From positions 1-57,348 of the forward strand of contig JAYODI010000029.1 in the NCBI GenBank assembly GCA_038279365.1: a DNA stretch of 57,348 bases, written 5' to 3'. Shown here one piece after another: positions 20,471 to 29,262 of this stretch. The stretch comes from Candidatus Latescibacterota bacterium (GTDB taxonomy: Bacteria; Latescibacterota; UBA2968). The notes beneath the pieces are model-generated. The model saw only the letters and a list, made by a program, of their open reading frames with translations, ran no database searches and had not been told where the DNA came from. A program made the position numbers and the translations under genes. The first letter of the stretch is position 1. Every line of letters begins with the position of its first letter.

Positions 20471-22210
20471 TTAAACATTTTCCAACTGTGCTGCAAATTG
20501 CTCTTCATAAAGCTGTCGATAGTCCCCATTGGGGAGTTTGAGTAATTCTTCGTGTGAGCCCACTTCTTTAATTTTCCCTTTGTCCATCACCACAATCATA
20601 TCGGCATTGATAATGGTAGCCAAACGATGAGCAATAATAAATGACGTGCGCCCTGCCATCACACGTGTCAATGCTTTTTGAATCAATGCCTCAGATCGCG
20701 AGTCGAGCGAAGACGTTGCTTCATCCAAAATCATAATACCCGGCTGAGTCAAAATAGCACGGGCAATGGCCAAGCGTTGTTTTTCACCCACAGAAAGCAC
20801 AATGCCCCCTTCTCCCACCACTGTATCATAACCATCCACCTGCCCAATCACAAAATCATGCACCTCCGCATCACGCGCCGCTTCTATCACCTGCATGGCT
20901 GTTGCGTGACGATCACCATATTTCAAATTTTCAAAAATGGAGGTATGAAACAGAATGGATTCTTGCAAAACAGCACCAATGTTTTGTCGCAACGAACGCA
21001 AGGTCACATCGCGTATATCCACCCCATCTATCTCAATGGCCCCTTCCGTGACATCGTAAAACCGCATCAACAAACTCGTTAGCGTCGTTTTCCCACACCC
21101 TGTGTGTCCTACCAAAGCCACCGTGCTCCCTGCGGGTACTTCCAAATCGACACCGCGTAACACAGGCTCGCCCTTTACATATGAAAAATGTACATTTTTA
21201 AAATGCACATGGCCTTGAACCTTCCCCATTGTTTGTGCTTCAGGACGTTCGATAATCTCAGGTTGGGTATCCAAAACCTCAAAAATACGTTCTACAGAAA
21301 TGGAGGTTTGCTCCAGCAGATTCGAAACCTCAGTAAATCTGACGGCAGGTGACAATACACGAAATACAAAAGCACTAAATGCCGCCACTTCACCATAGGT
21401 CATTTGCCCGATAATGACATAATAGCATCCCAAACAATAAATAACCGTTTGCCCAAGCCCACTGAGCAAACCCGATGTGCCAGAAAAAGATGCTGAAAGT
21501 GTGGTGGTTTCCAACGCCGTATCCAAAACCCCTCGCGTACCTTCTGCAAAAGCCTCTGCTTCGCGACCTTCATTGGTAAAAGATCGAACCAAGCGTGTGC
21601 CTTTAAGACGTTCTTGTAAGGCATTGGCCACCCGATCCATTTTCTTCCAAATACTCACATTTTTGCGGCGAATCCGTTTGACAAACCACAAATAATTCAC
21701 CACATAAAGCGGCAACAAAGCCAATGTAATAATCGACAATTGCCAGCTAAAATAAAAAATCATCACCAACCCAAAAACAAACGAAATCAAATCGTTTACA
21801 ATCGAAATGGTATTCCAGGTAACCATATTTTGAATGCGCGACACATCACCCATAATGCGCGCCATAATCTTGCCCGTGCCCATTTGGTCATAAAAACGCA
21901 AAGACAATTCTTGAATGTGTTTAAACAATGACAAGCGAATATCAAAAACCAGACGTTGTCCGACCAAGTAAATGATCAAATAATTCCAATATGTACCCGC
22001 AGCAGCCAACACATTGACGGCCAAAAATGCCAAACAAATGGCTACGGATTCATCCCACTGCCCCAACCCCACCACATCGTCAATCACCAATTTCATCAAA
22101 ACAGGTGGCAACATACCCAATAAGGTCATGATACCCGTAAGGGCAATGGCCAACAGCAATTGCCCCCGAAAAGGTCTAATAAACCGCCAAACTCTCGTAA
22201 GAACACCCAT
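20471..22210 (-). CDS. ABC exporter half-transporter (TMD+NBD), heterodimer partner
   Basis: GHTGCGKT, degenerate signature LSVGEKQ, intact ILDEATSSLD and IAHRL. The pair fits TM287/288-type heterodimers. Confidence 0.95.
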   Translation of the reverse strand: MGVLTRVWRFIRPFRGQLLLAIALTGIMTLLGMLPPVLMKLVIDDVVGLGQWDESVAICLAFLAVNVLAAAGTYWNYLIIYLVGQRLVFDIRLSLFKHIQELSLRFYDQMGTGKIMARIMGDVSRIQNMVTWNTISIVNDLISFVFGLVMIFYFSWQLSIITLALLPLYVVNYLWFVKRIRRKNVSIWKKMDRVANALQERLKGTRLVRSFTNEGREAEAFAEGTRGVLDTALETTTLSASFSGTSGLLSGLGQTVIYCLGCYYVIIGQMTYGEVAAFSAFVFRVLSPAVRFTEVSNLLEQTSISVERIFEVLDTQPEIIERPEAQTMGKVQGHVHFKNVHFSYVKGEPVLRGVDLEVPAGSTVALVGHTGCGKTTLTSLLMRFYDVTEGAIEIDGVDIRDVTLRSLRQNIGAVLQESILFHTSIFENLKYGDRHATAMQVIEAARDAEVHDFVIGQVDGYDTVVGEGGIVLSVGEKQRLAIARAILTQPGIMILDEATSSLDSRSEALIQKALTRVMAGRTSFIIAHRLATIINADMIVVMDKGKIKEVGSHEELLKLPNGDYRQLYEEQFAAQLENV

Positions 22211-22281
22211 GAAAACCTCTTTGAATCAAACAAAACGATCATATTTCAATAGCAGTGGCATAAACACTCTATTTGATATAG

Positions 22282-22316
22282 AAAAACGTCCAACCTAACC
22301 GTGTAGGATGGACGCC
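22282..22316 (-). terminator. Intrinsic terminator upstream of the ABC exporter start
   Basis: Minus strand GCGUCCAUCCUA-loop-UAGGUUGGACGU followed by UUUUCUAU. Confidence 0.75.
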
Positions 22317-22521
22317 TGATGATCAAATCGAAACGTAGGGCCACCATCCCTTTTAGGAGTGTCATACACAAACCATCACGCGACACTTTTTCAGATCAAC
22401 ACCTAAACAAACAGATGGATCTTAAGCCAAAAACTGCAACCAACTCAAAAACGAGAGTTAGGCCCTAAGGCACTCCTTAAAAGGAATCAATGACAAACCA
22501 ATAAAATCTTCTTTTTTGTTG
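22282..22521 (-). ncRNA. Candidate structured leader RNA (riboswitch/attenuator-like) or standalone ncRNA
   Basis: Upstream promoter, 15-bp closing stem, 7-bp pseudoknot and terminal intrinsic terminator (see finding). No family recognised. Confidence 0.55.
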
Positions 22522-22527
22522 TACGCA

Positions 22528-22556
22528 AAACTAAAGTATTGATCTGAATGGGTCAA
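22528..22556 (-). promoter_or_regulatory. sigma70-type promoter for the leader/ABC operon
   Basis: TTGACC-N17-TAGTTT. Confidence 0.6.
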
Positions 22557-22582
22557 GGTAAAAATCTGTATCAAGACGCAAC

Positions 22583-22611
22583 TTGTCAAAAAAAATCAAA
22601 TTCTGTATTCT
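22583..22611 (+). promoter_or_regulatory. sigma70-type promoter for trmJ
   Basis: TTGTCA-N17-TATTCT, followed by AGGAG and the ATG at 22648. Confidence 0.6.
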
Positions 22612-22647
22612 ACACCCTAATCAAAATACCTCAGGAGATCGAAATTT

Positions 22648-23421
22648 ATGTCAGAAACAGATGCACTCAAACACATTCGCCTGGTGCTTGTAGAACCCAA
22701 ACAACCGGGAAACATTGGTTCTGTAGCACGCGCAATGAAAAATATGGGCCTTTCGCGCCTTTATTTGGTTAACCCTGCCGATCATACATGTGGCGATGCC
22801 CGAGCTTTGGCACACGGATCGGGTGACATTCTCTACGGTGCCACAGTGGTAAACTCTTTGGCCGAAGCTTTGGCTGGTACGTCTTTGGTCGTTGGTACCA
22901 CACACCGCACACGGCGCGGATTTAATATCCACCATTCCCCAAGTGAAGCTGCAAAACAATTGGTCGCATTGCCAGAAAACCATGAGGGTGCCATTGTTTT
23001 TGGTCGTGAACAAAACGGCTTTACCAACGACGAACTCCACCAATGCCAAATCATCTCTCGCATACCTTCAGCAGTCACCTACCCATCGCTCAACCTTTCT
23101 CAAGCCACACTGATTTATGGTTATGAACTTTTCCAAGCCGTTTACCACACCCCAGAGCCCGCAAACCTCGATTTGGCCCCCCACGATGAAATAGAATCTA
23201 TGTATGATCACATTCAGGTGGGCTTAGACAAACTGGGCTTTGTTGCTCGCCATGATCCGCGCACCTTTATGCGCTCCATTCGGCGCATATTTGATCGCAC
23301 CCAAATGGAACGCAGAGATGTGGCCACCATACATAAAATCTTTCGGCAAGTAGACCGCTACACCGCCCGGCATGGCATAGATAGCAAATCGACCCCACCG
23401 GAAAATGAAACAGAAGAATAG
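22648..23421 (+). CDS. trmJ: SPOUT tRNA methyltransferase, TrmJ/LasT family
   Basis: LVEPKQPGNIGSVARAMKNMG, FGREQNGFTNDEL, YPSLNLSQA. Confidence 0.9.
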   Translation: MSETDALKHIRLVLVEPKQPGNIGSVARAMKNMGLSRLYLVNPADHTCGDARALAHGSGDILYGATVVNSLAEALAGTSLVVGTTHRTRRGFNIHHSPSEAAKQLVALPENHEGAIVFGREQNGFTNDELHQCQIISRIPSAVTYPSLNLSQATLIYGYELFQAVYHTPEPANLDLAPHDEIESMYDHIQVGLDKLGFVARHDPRTFMRSIRRIFDRTQMERRDVATIHKIFRQVDRYTARHGIDSKSTPPENETEE

Positions 23422-23425
23422 CCCT

Positions 23426-24001
23426 ATGCACCTGACCATCACATTGTCGTATCTCATCTTTTATGCCATCTTGCACAGTGTTCTGGCTATGGATCGCACC
23501 AAAAAAATGCTCTCTCCACTCCTGCCACAACAATATTATAGACTTCTTTATACACTTATCAGCATCATTTTACTTGCCCCACTCCCGTGGCTTCCTTGGC
23601 CAAGAGGCACCCTGTATCACATTCACGCCCCGCTATCCTACGGTTTTTATACCCTTCAGCTCTTTGGCCTCTTCGGTCTTTTATGGACACTGCGCCACAC
23701 CAATTTGAGCGATTTTTTAGGATGGGGGCATCTTCAAAAATTATCAACATCTCCGCAATTGATCACCACAGGCCCTTATCGTCTGTGCCGTCATCCCCTA
23801 TATTTTTGGATATCGGTCATCTGTATCACCCATCCACACCCAACCTATCGGCATCTCATATTCACCCTGTGGCTCGTCCTGTATTTTTGGATTGGGTCTT
23901 ATATTGAAGAGCGTCGACTCATCCTTCAATTTGGTGAGGCGTATAAAACATACCAAACCCATACTGCTCGCCTGATCCCTTTCTTAAATATTAAAATCTA
24001 A
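23426..24001 (+). CDS. Membrane methyltransferase, ICMT/nurim/MddA-like family
   Basis: HSVLA, YRLLY, LITTGPYRLCRHPLY, EERRL...FGEAY..Y. ORF track start 23405. Confidence 0.75.
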   Translation: MHLTITLSYLIFYAILHSVLAMDRTKKMLSPLLPQQYYRLLYTLISIILLAPLPWLPWPRGTLYHIHAPLSYGFYTLQLFGLFGLLWTLRHTNLSDFLGWGHLQKLSTSPQLITTGPYRLCRHPLYFWISVICITHPHPTYRHLIFTLWLVLYFWIGSYIEERRLILQFGEAYKTYQTHTARLIPFLNIKI

Positions 24002-24017
24002 AATTTTCACCTGTTGC

Positions 24018-24047
24018 TTGCCAATTTTGTTCACTCTGAGGTATAAT
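24018..24047 (+). promoter_or_regulatory. sigma70-type promoter for the nuo operon
   Basis: TTGCCA-N18-TATAAT. Confidence 0.6.
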
Positions 24048-24146
24048 ATGAAAGAACGATCAAGACAAGGCTTGCGATTTTCGATCAAAACAATTATCAT
24101 AAGCCTCGGACAGGCATATTTTTAAAGACCTTATCGGAATATAATT

Positions 24147-24521
24147 ATGGAATGGATCGCCGAATATCGTTACTTGGGCACTTTGCTTTTGGCGGGTATT
24201 GTGTTAGGTGCAATGCCCGTTATTGTGCCATTGTTTATCTCACCGCGTAGCCGAGGGGAAAAAACCCTCGATACTTACGAATGTGGGGTGGATACGATTG
24301 GCAGTGCTTGGGTAAAATTTGACATTTCTTATTATCTTTTTGCCCTCATCTTTGTTGTATTTGAAGTTGACGTGCTCTACATTTTGCCAATAGCTGTTAT
24401 TTATGATTCGGGCGAATACATTTGGCGCGACTTCATCGAACTTTTCGTTTTTGTTGGCATCCTCTTTTTGGCCATCATATATGCTTGGAGCAAAGGTGTT
24501 TTGAACTGGAGATCTCGATAA
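24147..24521 (+). CDS. nuoA: NADH-quinone oxidoreductase subunit A
   Basis: K...YECG, YYLFALIFVVFEVD, YAWSKGVLNW. Confidence 0.96.
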   Translation: MEWIAEYRYLGTLLLAGIVLGAMPVIVPLFISPRSRGEKTLDTYECGVDTIGSAWVKFDISYYLFALIFVVFEVDVLYILPIAVIYDSGEYIWRDFIELFVFVGILFLAIIYAWSKGVLNWRSR

Positions 24522-25070
24522 ATGGCCGATTCCAAAAACACATCACTTGACTTACCCATTGTGAACAGCAACGCACAAAACATAGAACAACTGCGTGAAG
24601 AAGTTGGCCCACTCATTCACATGGACAGCCTCGAAAACTTACTCAATCAGGCACGGGCCCGTTCTCTTTGGCCACTTACCTTTGGTTTGGCCTGCTGTGC
24701 CATTGAAATGATGGCCGCAGGCGCTGCACGGTTTGACCTCGACCGCATTGGCGCGGGTGTTTTTCGCCCCAGCGCGCGTCAGGCCGATGTGATGATTCTT
24801 GCAGGCACCATTTCACGCAAAATGATTGACCCCATTAAAACCCTCTGGGACCAAATGCCAGCGCCCAAATGGGCCATTGCAATGGGCGGTTGTACCATTG
24901 ACGGCGGGCCTTTTAAATACCCTGGTCAATATGCCATTGTGGAAGGCGCAGATAAAATCGTGCCCGTTGATGTTTACGTGCCAGGATGTCCACCTCGCCC
25001 AGAAGCCCTTTTTGCAGCGCTTTTCAAGTTGGAAGAAAAAATTAAGGCCGGAAAGAACTTTAAAAAATGA
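24522..25070 (+). CDS. nuoB: NADH-quinone oxidoreductase subunit B
   Basis: [35 protein letters not shown]. Confidence 0.97.
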   Translation: MADSKNTSLDLPIVNSNAQNIEQLREEVGPLIHMDSLENLLNQARARSLWPLTFGLACCAIEMMAAGAARFDLDRIGAGVFRPSARQADVMILAGTISRKMIDPIKTLWDQMPAPKWAIAMGGCTIDGGPFKYPGQYAIVEGADKIVPVDVYVPGCPPRPEALFAALFKLEEKIKAGKNFKK

Positions 25071-25534
25071 GTCTGCTTGATCACATAGAGGGCGTAAAAG
25101 AAACCACCGCCATCGACCACAAAGCACAAGGGTTTCACCTGCTTCATACCCTTGCAGCAAATGCCATTACCCAAGCCGCTCAAGCCTATTGCGACAAGGG
25201 CTTCTACCTTGAAATGATGACCTGCCAAGATCGGCGCGAAAAAGAAAATGTTTTTCGTTTGGTCTATCAGTTTTGTACCATCGACCATACCCAACGCCAT
25301 TTGCTACACCTCGATATCGATCCATTGGCAGAAGTCGAAAGCATCGCCCATATTTTTCCAGCATCCGATTGGCTCGAACGCGAAGTTTTTGATATGTATG
25401 GCGTTCGTTTTGCCAATCACCCCGATCTCAAACGCATTCTCATGCCCGAAGATTACCCCGCACATGCACACCCATTGTTAAAAGACTTTGTTGATCCTGA
25501 AAGTGAAGGGAAGACGGATGGCCAGTCGGTTTGA
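25067..25534 (+). CDS. nuoC: NADH-quinone oxidoreductase subunit C
   Basis: [31 protein letters not shown]. Confidence 0.95.
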   Translation: MSLLDHIEGVKETTAIDHKAQGFHLLHTLAANAITQAAQAYCDKGFYLEMMTCQDRREKENVFRLVYQFCTIDHTQRHLLHLDIDPLAEVESIAHIFPASDWLEREVFDMYGVRFANHPDLKRILMPEDYPAHAHPLLKDFVDPESEGKTDGQSV

Positions 25535-26648
25535 TGTGGTGCAGGATACAGAAAGTCGTGACACATACTATCTCAATATGGGGCCCCAACACCCGTCTAC
25601 ACACGGCGTGTTGCGCCTCAAACTCCACTTAGACGGTGAAACCATCCTTTCGGCAGAACCCGTTATTGGGTATGGGCATCGCGCCCATGAAAAAATGGCC
25701 GAAAACCGCGACTACCTCCAGTTCCTACCCAACCCCAGTCGTGTCGACTACCTCTCTGGCATGATCTACAACATTGGCTATTGTCAGGCCATTGAACGGG
25801 CCATGGGCATTGAAGTGCCCGAACGGGCCGAATACATTCGCATCATTGCCAATGAACTCAACCGCATCTCCAGCCACCTGTTGTGGCTTGGAACCTTCTT
25901 GCTCGACTTGGGCGCATTTACACCCTTCTTATACGCATTTGATGACCGCGAAAAAATTCTCGACATCCTCGACAGAGTGACCGGATCGCGCCTCACCTAT
26001 TGTTATGGCCGATTTGGTGGTGTTGTGCTCGATGTAGACGACACCTTTCTCACACAAGTGGCCGAGTTTTGTACGTATTTCAAAACGCGCTTCGATATTT
26101 ATGAAGAACTCGTCATTGGCAATGTCATCTTCCGAGAACGCACCATTGGTGTAGGGGTTTTCGATCAAGACCTCGTTCAAAAATATGGCGTTTCTGGCCC
26201 GTGTTTGCGGGCAATGGGGCATGCACGTGACGTGCGCAAAGACGAACCCTATGGCATCTACGACCGCTTTGACTTTGACATCCCCACACAAACAGAAAGC
26301 GACTGCTTTGCGCGCTCACTCGTGCGCATGGAAGAAATGCGCCAAAGTGTGCGCATTGTTGAACAGGCCGTCAAAGACATTCCCGATGGCCCGTTTATTG
26401 CCCCCAAAGTGCCCAAACGCATTCGCCCAGAAGAAGGGGAATATCACTTTAGCGTCGAATCGGCACGCGGAAATTTTGGCATGTACATTGTAAGCGATGG
26501 CAGTGACATCCCCTATCGTCTCAAATTGCGCACACCTTCATTTGCCAACATGGCCACCATGCCCGATGTGATGAAAGGCGAACTGCTTTCAGACGCTGTG
26601 GCCATTTTGGGCAGTATAGACATTGTTGTTCCAGAAATAGATCGGTAA
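25518..26648 (+). CDS. nuoD: NADH-quinone oxidoreductase subunit D
   Basis: NMGPQHPSTHGVLRL, GYGHRAHEK, ELNRISSH, DIVVPEIDR; no NiFe-ligating CxxC motifs. ORF track start 25488. Confidence 0.96.
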   Translation: MASRFDVVQDTESRDTYYLNMGPQHPSTHGVLRLKLHLDGETILSAEPVIGYGHRAHEKMAENRDYLQFLPNPSRVDYLSGMIYNIGYCQAIERAMGIEVPERAEYIRIIANELNRISSHLLWLGTFLLDLGAFTPFLYAFDDREKILDILDRVTGSRLTYCYGRFGGVVLDVDDTFLTQVAEFCTYFKTRFDIYEELVIGNVIFRERTIGVGVFDQDLVQKYGVSGPCLRAMGHARDVRKDEPYGIYDRFDFDIPTQTESDCFARSLVRMEEMRQSVRIVEQAVKDIPDGPFIAPKVPKRIRPEEGEYHFSVESARGNFGMYIVSDGSDIPYRLKLRTPSFANMATMPDVMKGELLSDAVAILGSIDIVVPEIDR

Positions 26649-26762
26649 AACAGTGAAACGGCAAACGGCAAACGGCAAATGTGAAGCAGGCATCAAACGG
26701 GGTGGTTGGAATGGGACGTTTGCCATTTGCCTTCTGCCGTCTTCCAGTTTTTAGGATTTCAA

Positions 26763-27737
26763 ATGCCCACAAACATCATCCAATATTTTGACAACTTCTG
26801 GGTCGCCATTGGCGCCACCATTGCCATCATTATGGGTTATTTGAGCGTGAATGCCATTATGCTCATTTGGCTCGAGCGCAAACTCAGTGCGCGCATCCAA
26901 AGACGCATTGGCCCCACGCGTGGCCCCTTTGGTTTGGTGCAACAAATATTTGACATGGTCAAGCTTTTTAGCAAAGAACTCATCACCCCCGACCACGTCA
27001 ATCGTGTATTATACCTCATTGCCCCCGTGATGGTCTTTGCGCCCGTGCTTGGGGTTTGTTCCCTCTTTCCCATCTCCGCCACGTGGATATTTCACGATTA
27101 CAGCATTGCGGTGGTCTTGCTTTTGGCCATTAGCGGTGTCAACATTTTGGGCATCTTTTTTGCCGGGTGGGGTTCTAACAACAAATACGCGCTCTTAGGT
27201 GCCGTGCGCTCTGTGGCCCAAAACATCTCCTACGAAATTCCACTGATTCTCTCTGTCATTCCCATTGTCATGATGACGGGTTCCTTATCGCTTTATGGCA
27301 TAGCCGATGCCCAAACTGTTGTTCCCTTTGTGCTTTTGCAACCCATTGCCGCCATTATATTTATCATCTCAGCCACAGCAGAAACCAACCGCGCGCCCTT
27401 TGATATTCCCGAAGCCGAATCGGAACTCGTGGCTGGATTTCACACCGAATATTCGGGCATGCGTTTTGGCCTGTTCTTTTTTGCCGAATATTCCAACATG
27501 ATCATCGCCTGTGCTTTGGCCACCGTGCTCTTTTTAGGCGGATGGAAAGGCCCTTATTTACCAGGCCCCGTTTGGTTCTTCATTAAGGTATATGCCCTCA
27601 TCGTGCTCATGATGTGGTTTCGCTGGACTTTTCCGCGTTTGCGATTTGATCAACTCATGAAATTTGCGTGGATGGTGTTGGTGCCATTGGCATTGATTAA
27701 TCTGTTGGTCACAACGTTTGTGTTAAAATTGATATAA
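26763..27737 (+). CDS. nuoH: NADH-quinone oxidoreductase subunit H
   Basis: ERKLSARIQRRIGP, GWGSNNKYALLG, AETNRAPFDIPEAESELVAGFHTEYSG, PRLRFDQL. ORF track start 26706 lies inside repeat DNA. Confidence 0.97.
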   Translation: MPTNIIQYFDNFWVAIGATIAIIMGYLSVNAIMLIWLERKLSARIQRRIGPTRGPFGLVQQIFDMVKLFSKELITPDHVNRVLYLIAPVMVFAPVLGVCSLFPISATWIFHDYSIAVVLLLAISGVNILGIFFAGWGSNNKYALLGAVRSVAQNISYEIPLILSVIPIVMMTGSLSLYGIADAQTVVPFVLLQPIAAIIFIISATAETNRAPFDIPEAESELVAGFHTEYSGMRFGLFFFAEYSNMIIACALATVLFLGGWKGPYLPGPVWFFIKVYALIVLMMWFRWTFPRLRFDQLMKFAWMVLVPLALINLLVTTFVLKLI

Positions 27738-27819
27738 ATACAGTCTCAAGTCGCAGGTTTGCAAGTCACAGGTCAAAATCTTAAGACCTGCGAACGATTC
27801 TTATTTTTGGAGTTTATAA

Positions 27820-28404
27820 ATGGCCTTCGTCAAAGACATTCTTGACGGCACAAAAACATTGCTCACGGGCATGAAAGTAACTTTAGATAACTTTCGGAAG
27901 CCGTCTATCACATCCAAATATCCCATGGAAAAAATCGAAATGTCACAAGCATTTCGAAATGTGATTGTGCTGATAGAAAAAGAAGACATCCAATCGCACG
28001 ACTGTATTGGGTGCAAAGCCTGTGAACGTGTCTGTCCTTCTTTTTGCATTGATGTAGATGGCGAACGCCCAGAAAACATGCGCCGTATGCGCGCCACCCA
28101 CTTTAAGGTCGATTTTGCACTGTGTAGCGATTGCGGTCTGTGCTTAGATGTATGCCCCACCAGCACCTTGGGTTACAGCAAAGTACACGACGAAGCCGGA
28201 TACAGCCGCAGTGACTTTGTGTATGACCTGCTGGAACCTTGGCAAGACGCAGAAGCGGCCACAGTTGAGCGTTTGCGAAAAGCAGAAGAAGAACAAGCCG
28301 CAGCCAAAAAAGCCCGAACGGTAAAAAAAGCCGCAGCTAAAAAAAGCGACGCAGACAATACAGACGAAACAACCAACGACGACACGGAGAACAGCGATGC
28401 CTGA
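27820..28404 (+). CDS. nuoI: NADH-quinone oxidoreductase subunit I
   Basis: Two CxxCxxCxxxCP motifs; position in the operon. Confidence 0.93.
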   Translation: MAFVKDILDGTKTLLTGMKVTLDNFRKPSITSKYPMEKIEMSQAFRNVIVLIEKEDIQSHDCIGCKACERVCPSFCIDVDGERPENMRRMRATHFKVDFALCSDCGLCLDVCPTSTLGYSKVHDEAGYSRSDFVYDLLEPWQDAEAATVERLRKAEEEQAAAKKARTVKKAAAKKSDADNTDETTNDDTENSDA

Positions 28405-28897
28405 CCTCATCGCCTACATTTTTATTGCCCTTACCCTATTGGGTGGTCTTATGGCCGCCTTTGCCCGCCAAGTCCTTTATAACATTATTGGTTTAGGCGT
28501 GAGTTTGCTCGGTTTGGCAGGCCTATTTCTCAACCTCGGAAGCCCCTTTGTTGCCGCCATGCAAATCCTCATCTACATTGGTGGCATCACTGTTGCCATC
28601 GTTTTTGCCATGATGCTCTCTATTGCCATGTCACTTTTGCCACCAGCACCCAATATGTCCAAACGCATCTTTGCCATTCTTGCCGGCATTTTATTTTTTA
28701 TTACCCTCATGCCCATTATCACTGGCACACACTTTGATATCGTTACACCCGCATCTGAAGAAGCGTGGTCTGTTGGACAAATTGGTCATGCCCTGCTTAC
28801 CACATACAACCTGGTATTTGAAGCCCTCTCACTCGTTTTGTTATTGGCCATCATTGGTGCCATCTTAATTGCCCGCAAGGACACCCCAACGCCATGA
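28397..28897 (+). CDS. nuoJ: NADH-quinone oxidoreductase subunit J
   Basis: FVAAMQILIYIGGI, FEALSLVLLLAIIGAI. Confidence 0.94.
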   Translation: MPDLIAYIFIALTLLGGLMAAFARQVLYNIIGLGVSLLGLAGLFLNLGSPFVAAMQILIYIGGITVAIVFAMMLSIAMSLLPPAPNMSKRIFAILAGILFFITLMPIITGTHFDIVTPASEEAWSVGQIGHALLTTYNLVFEALSLVLLLAIIGAILIARKDTPTP

Positions 28898-29199
28898 CCT
28901 TAAACATGTACTTACTTGTGAGCCTTGCCCTCTTTTCTTTGGGCCTAATCGGTGCACTTTCTCACCGCAACCTCATTGCCTTGCTCATTGGCGTAGAGCT
29001 CATGATGAATGCGGCCAGCCTAAATTTTATGGCCTTCAATCACTATGTGGTCACTGATCCTACCGTTGGACAGATTTTTGTACTCATCATTATCGGTTTG
29101 GCCGCTGCCGAAGTGGCAATTTTTCTATCCATCATTTTGAGACTCTACCGAGCCTATCACGATATTGACGCCGAAAAACTCTCTGAGCTCAGTGGATAA
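28894..29199 (+). CDS. nuoK: NADH-quinone oxidoreductase subunit K
   Basis: ELMMNAASLNF, GQIF, AAAEVA. Confidence 0.96.
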   Translation: MTLNMYLLVSLALFSLGLIGALSHRNLIALLIGVELMMNAASLNFMAFNHYVVTDPTVGQIFVLIIIGLAAAEVAIFLSIILRLYRAYHDIDAEKLSELSG

Positions 29200-29262
29200 A
29201 CCCGTCACACCCGCTCATCTACTCAGCCTAACGGCCATTGGCCCATATGTGTAGGAATTGAA

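Noticed and set aside
22440-22490. ydaO (c-di-AMP) or TPP riboswitch assignment for the ABC leader
   Set aside because: Only local resemblance (GAUUCCUUUUAAGG...UAGGGCCUAACUCUC; GGAGUGCC). The conserved downstream ydaO elements and the TPP UGAGA and CCUGAU motifs are absent.
25518-26648. Group 4 NiFe hydrogenase large subunit
   Set aside because: No N- or C-terminal CxxC ligands; it ends in the complex I-type EIDR.
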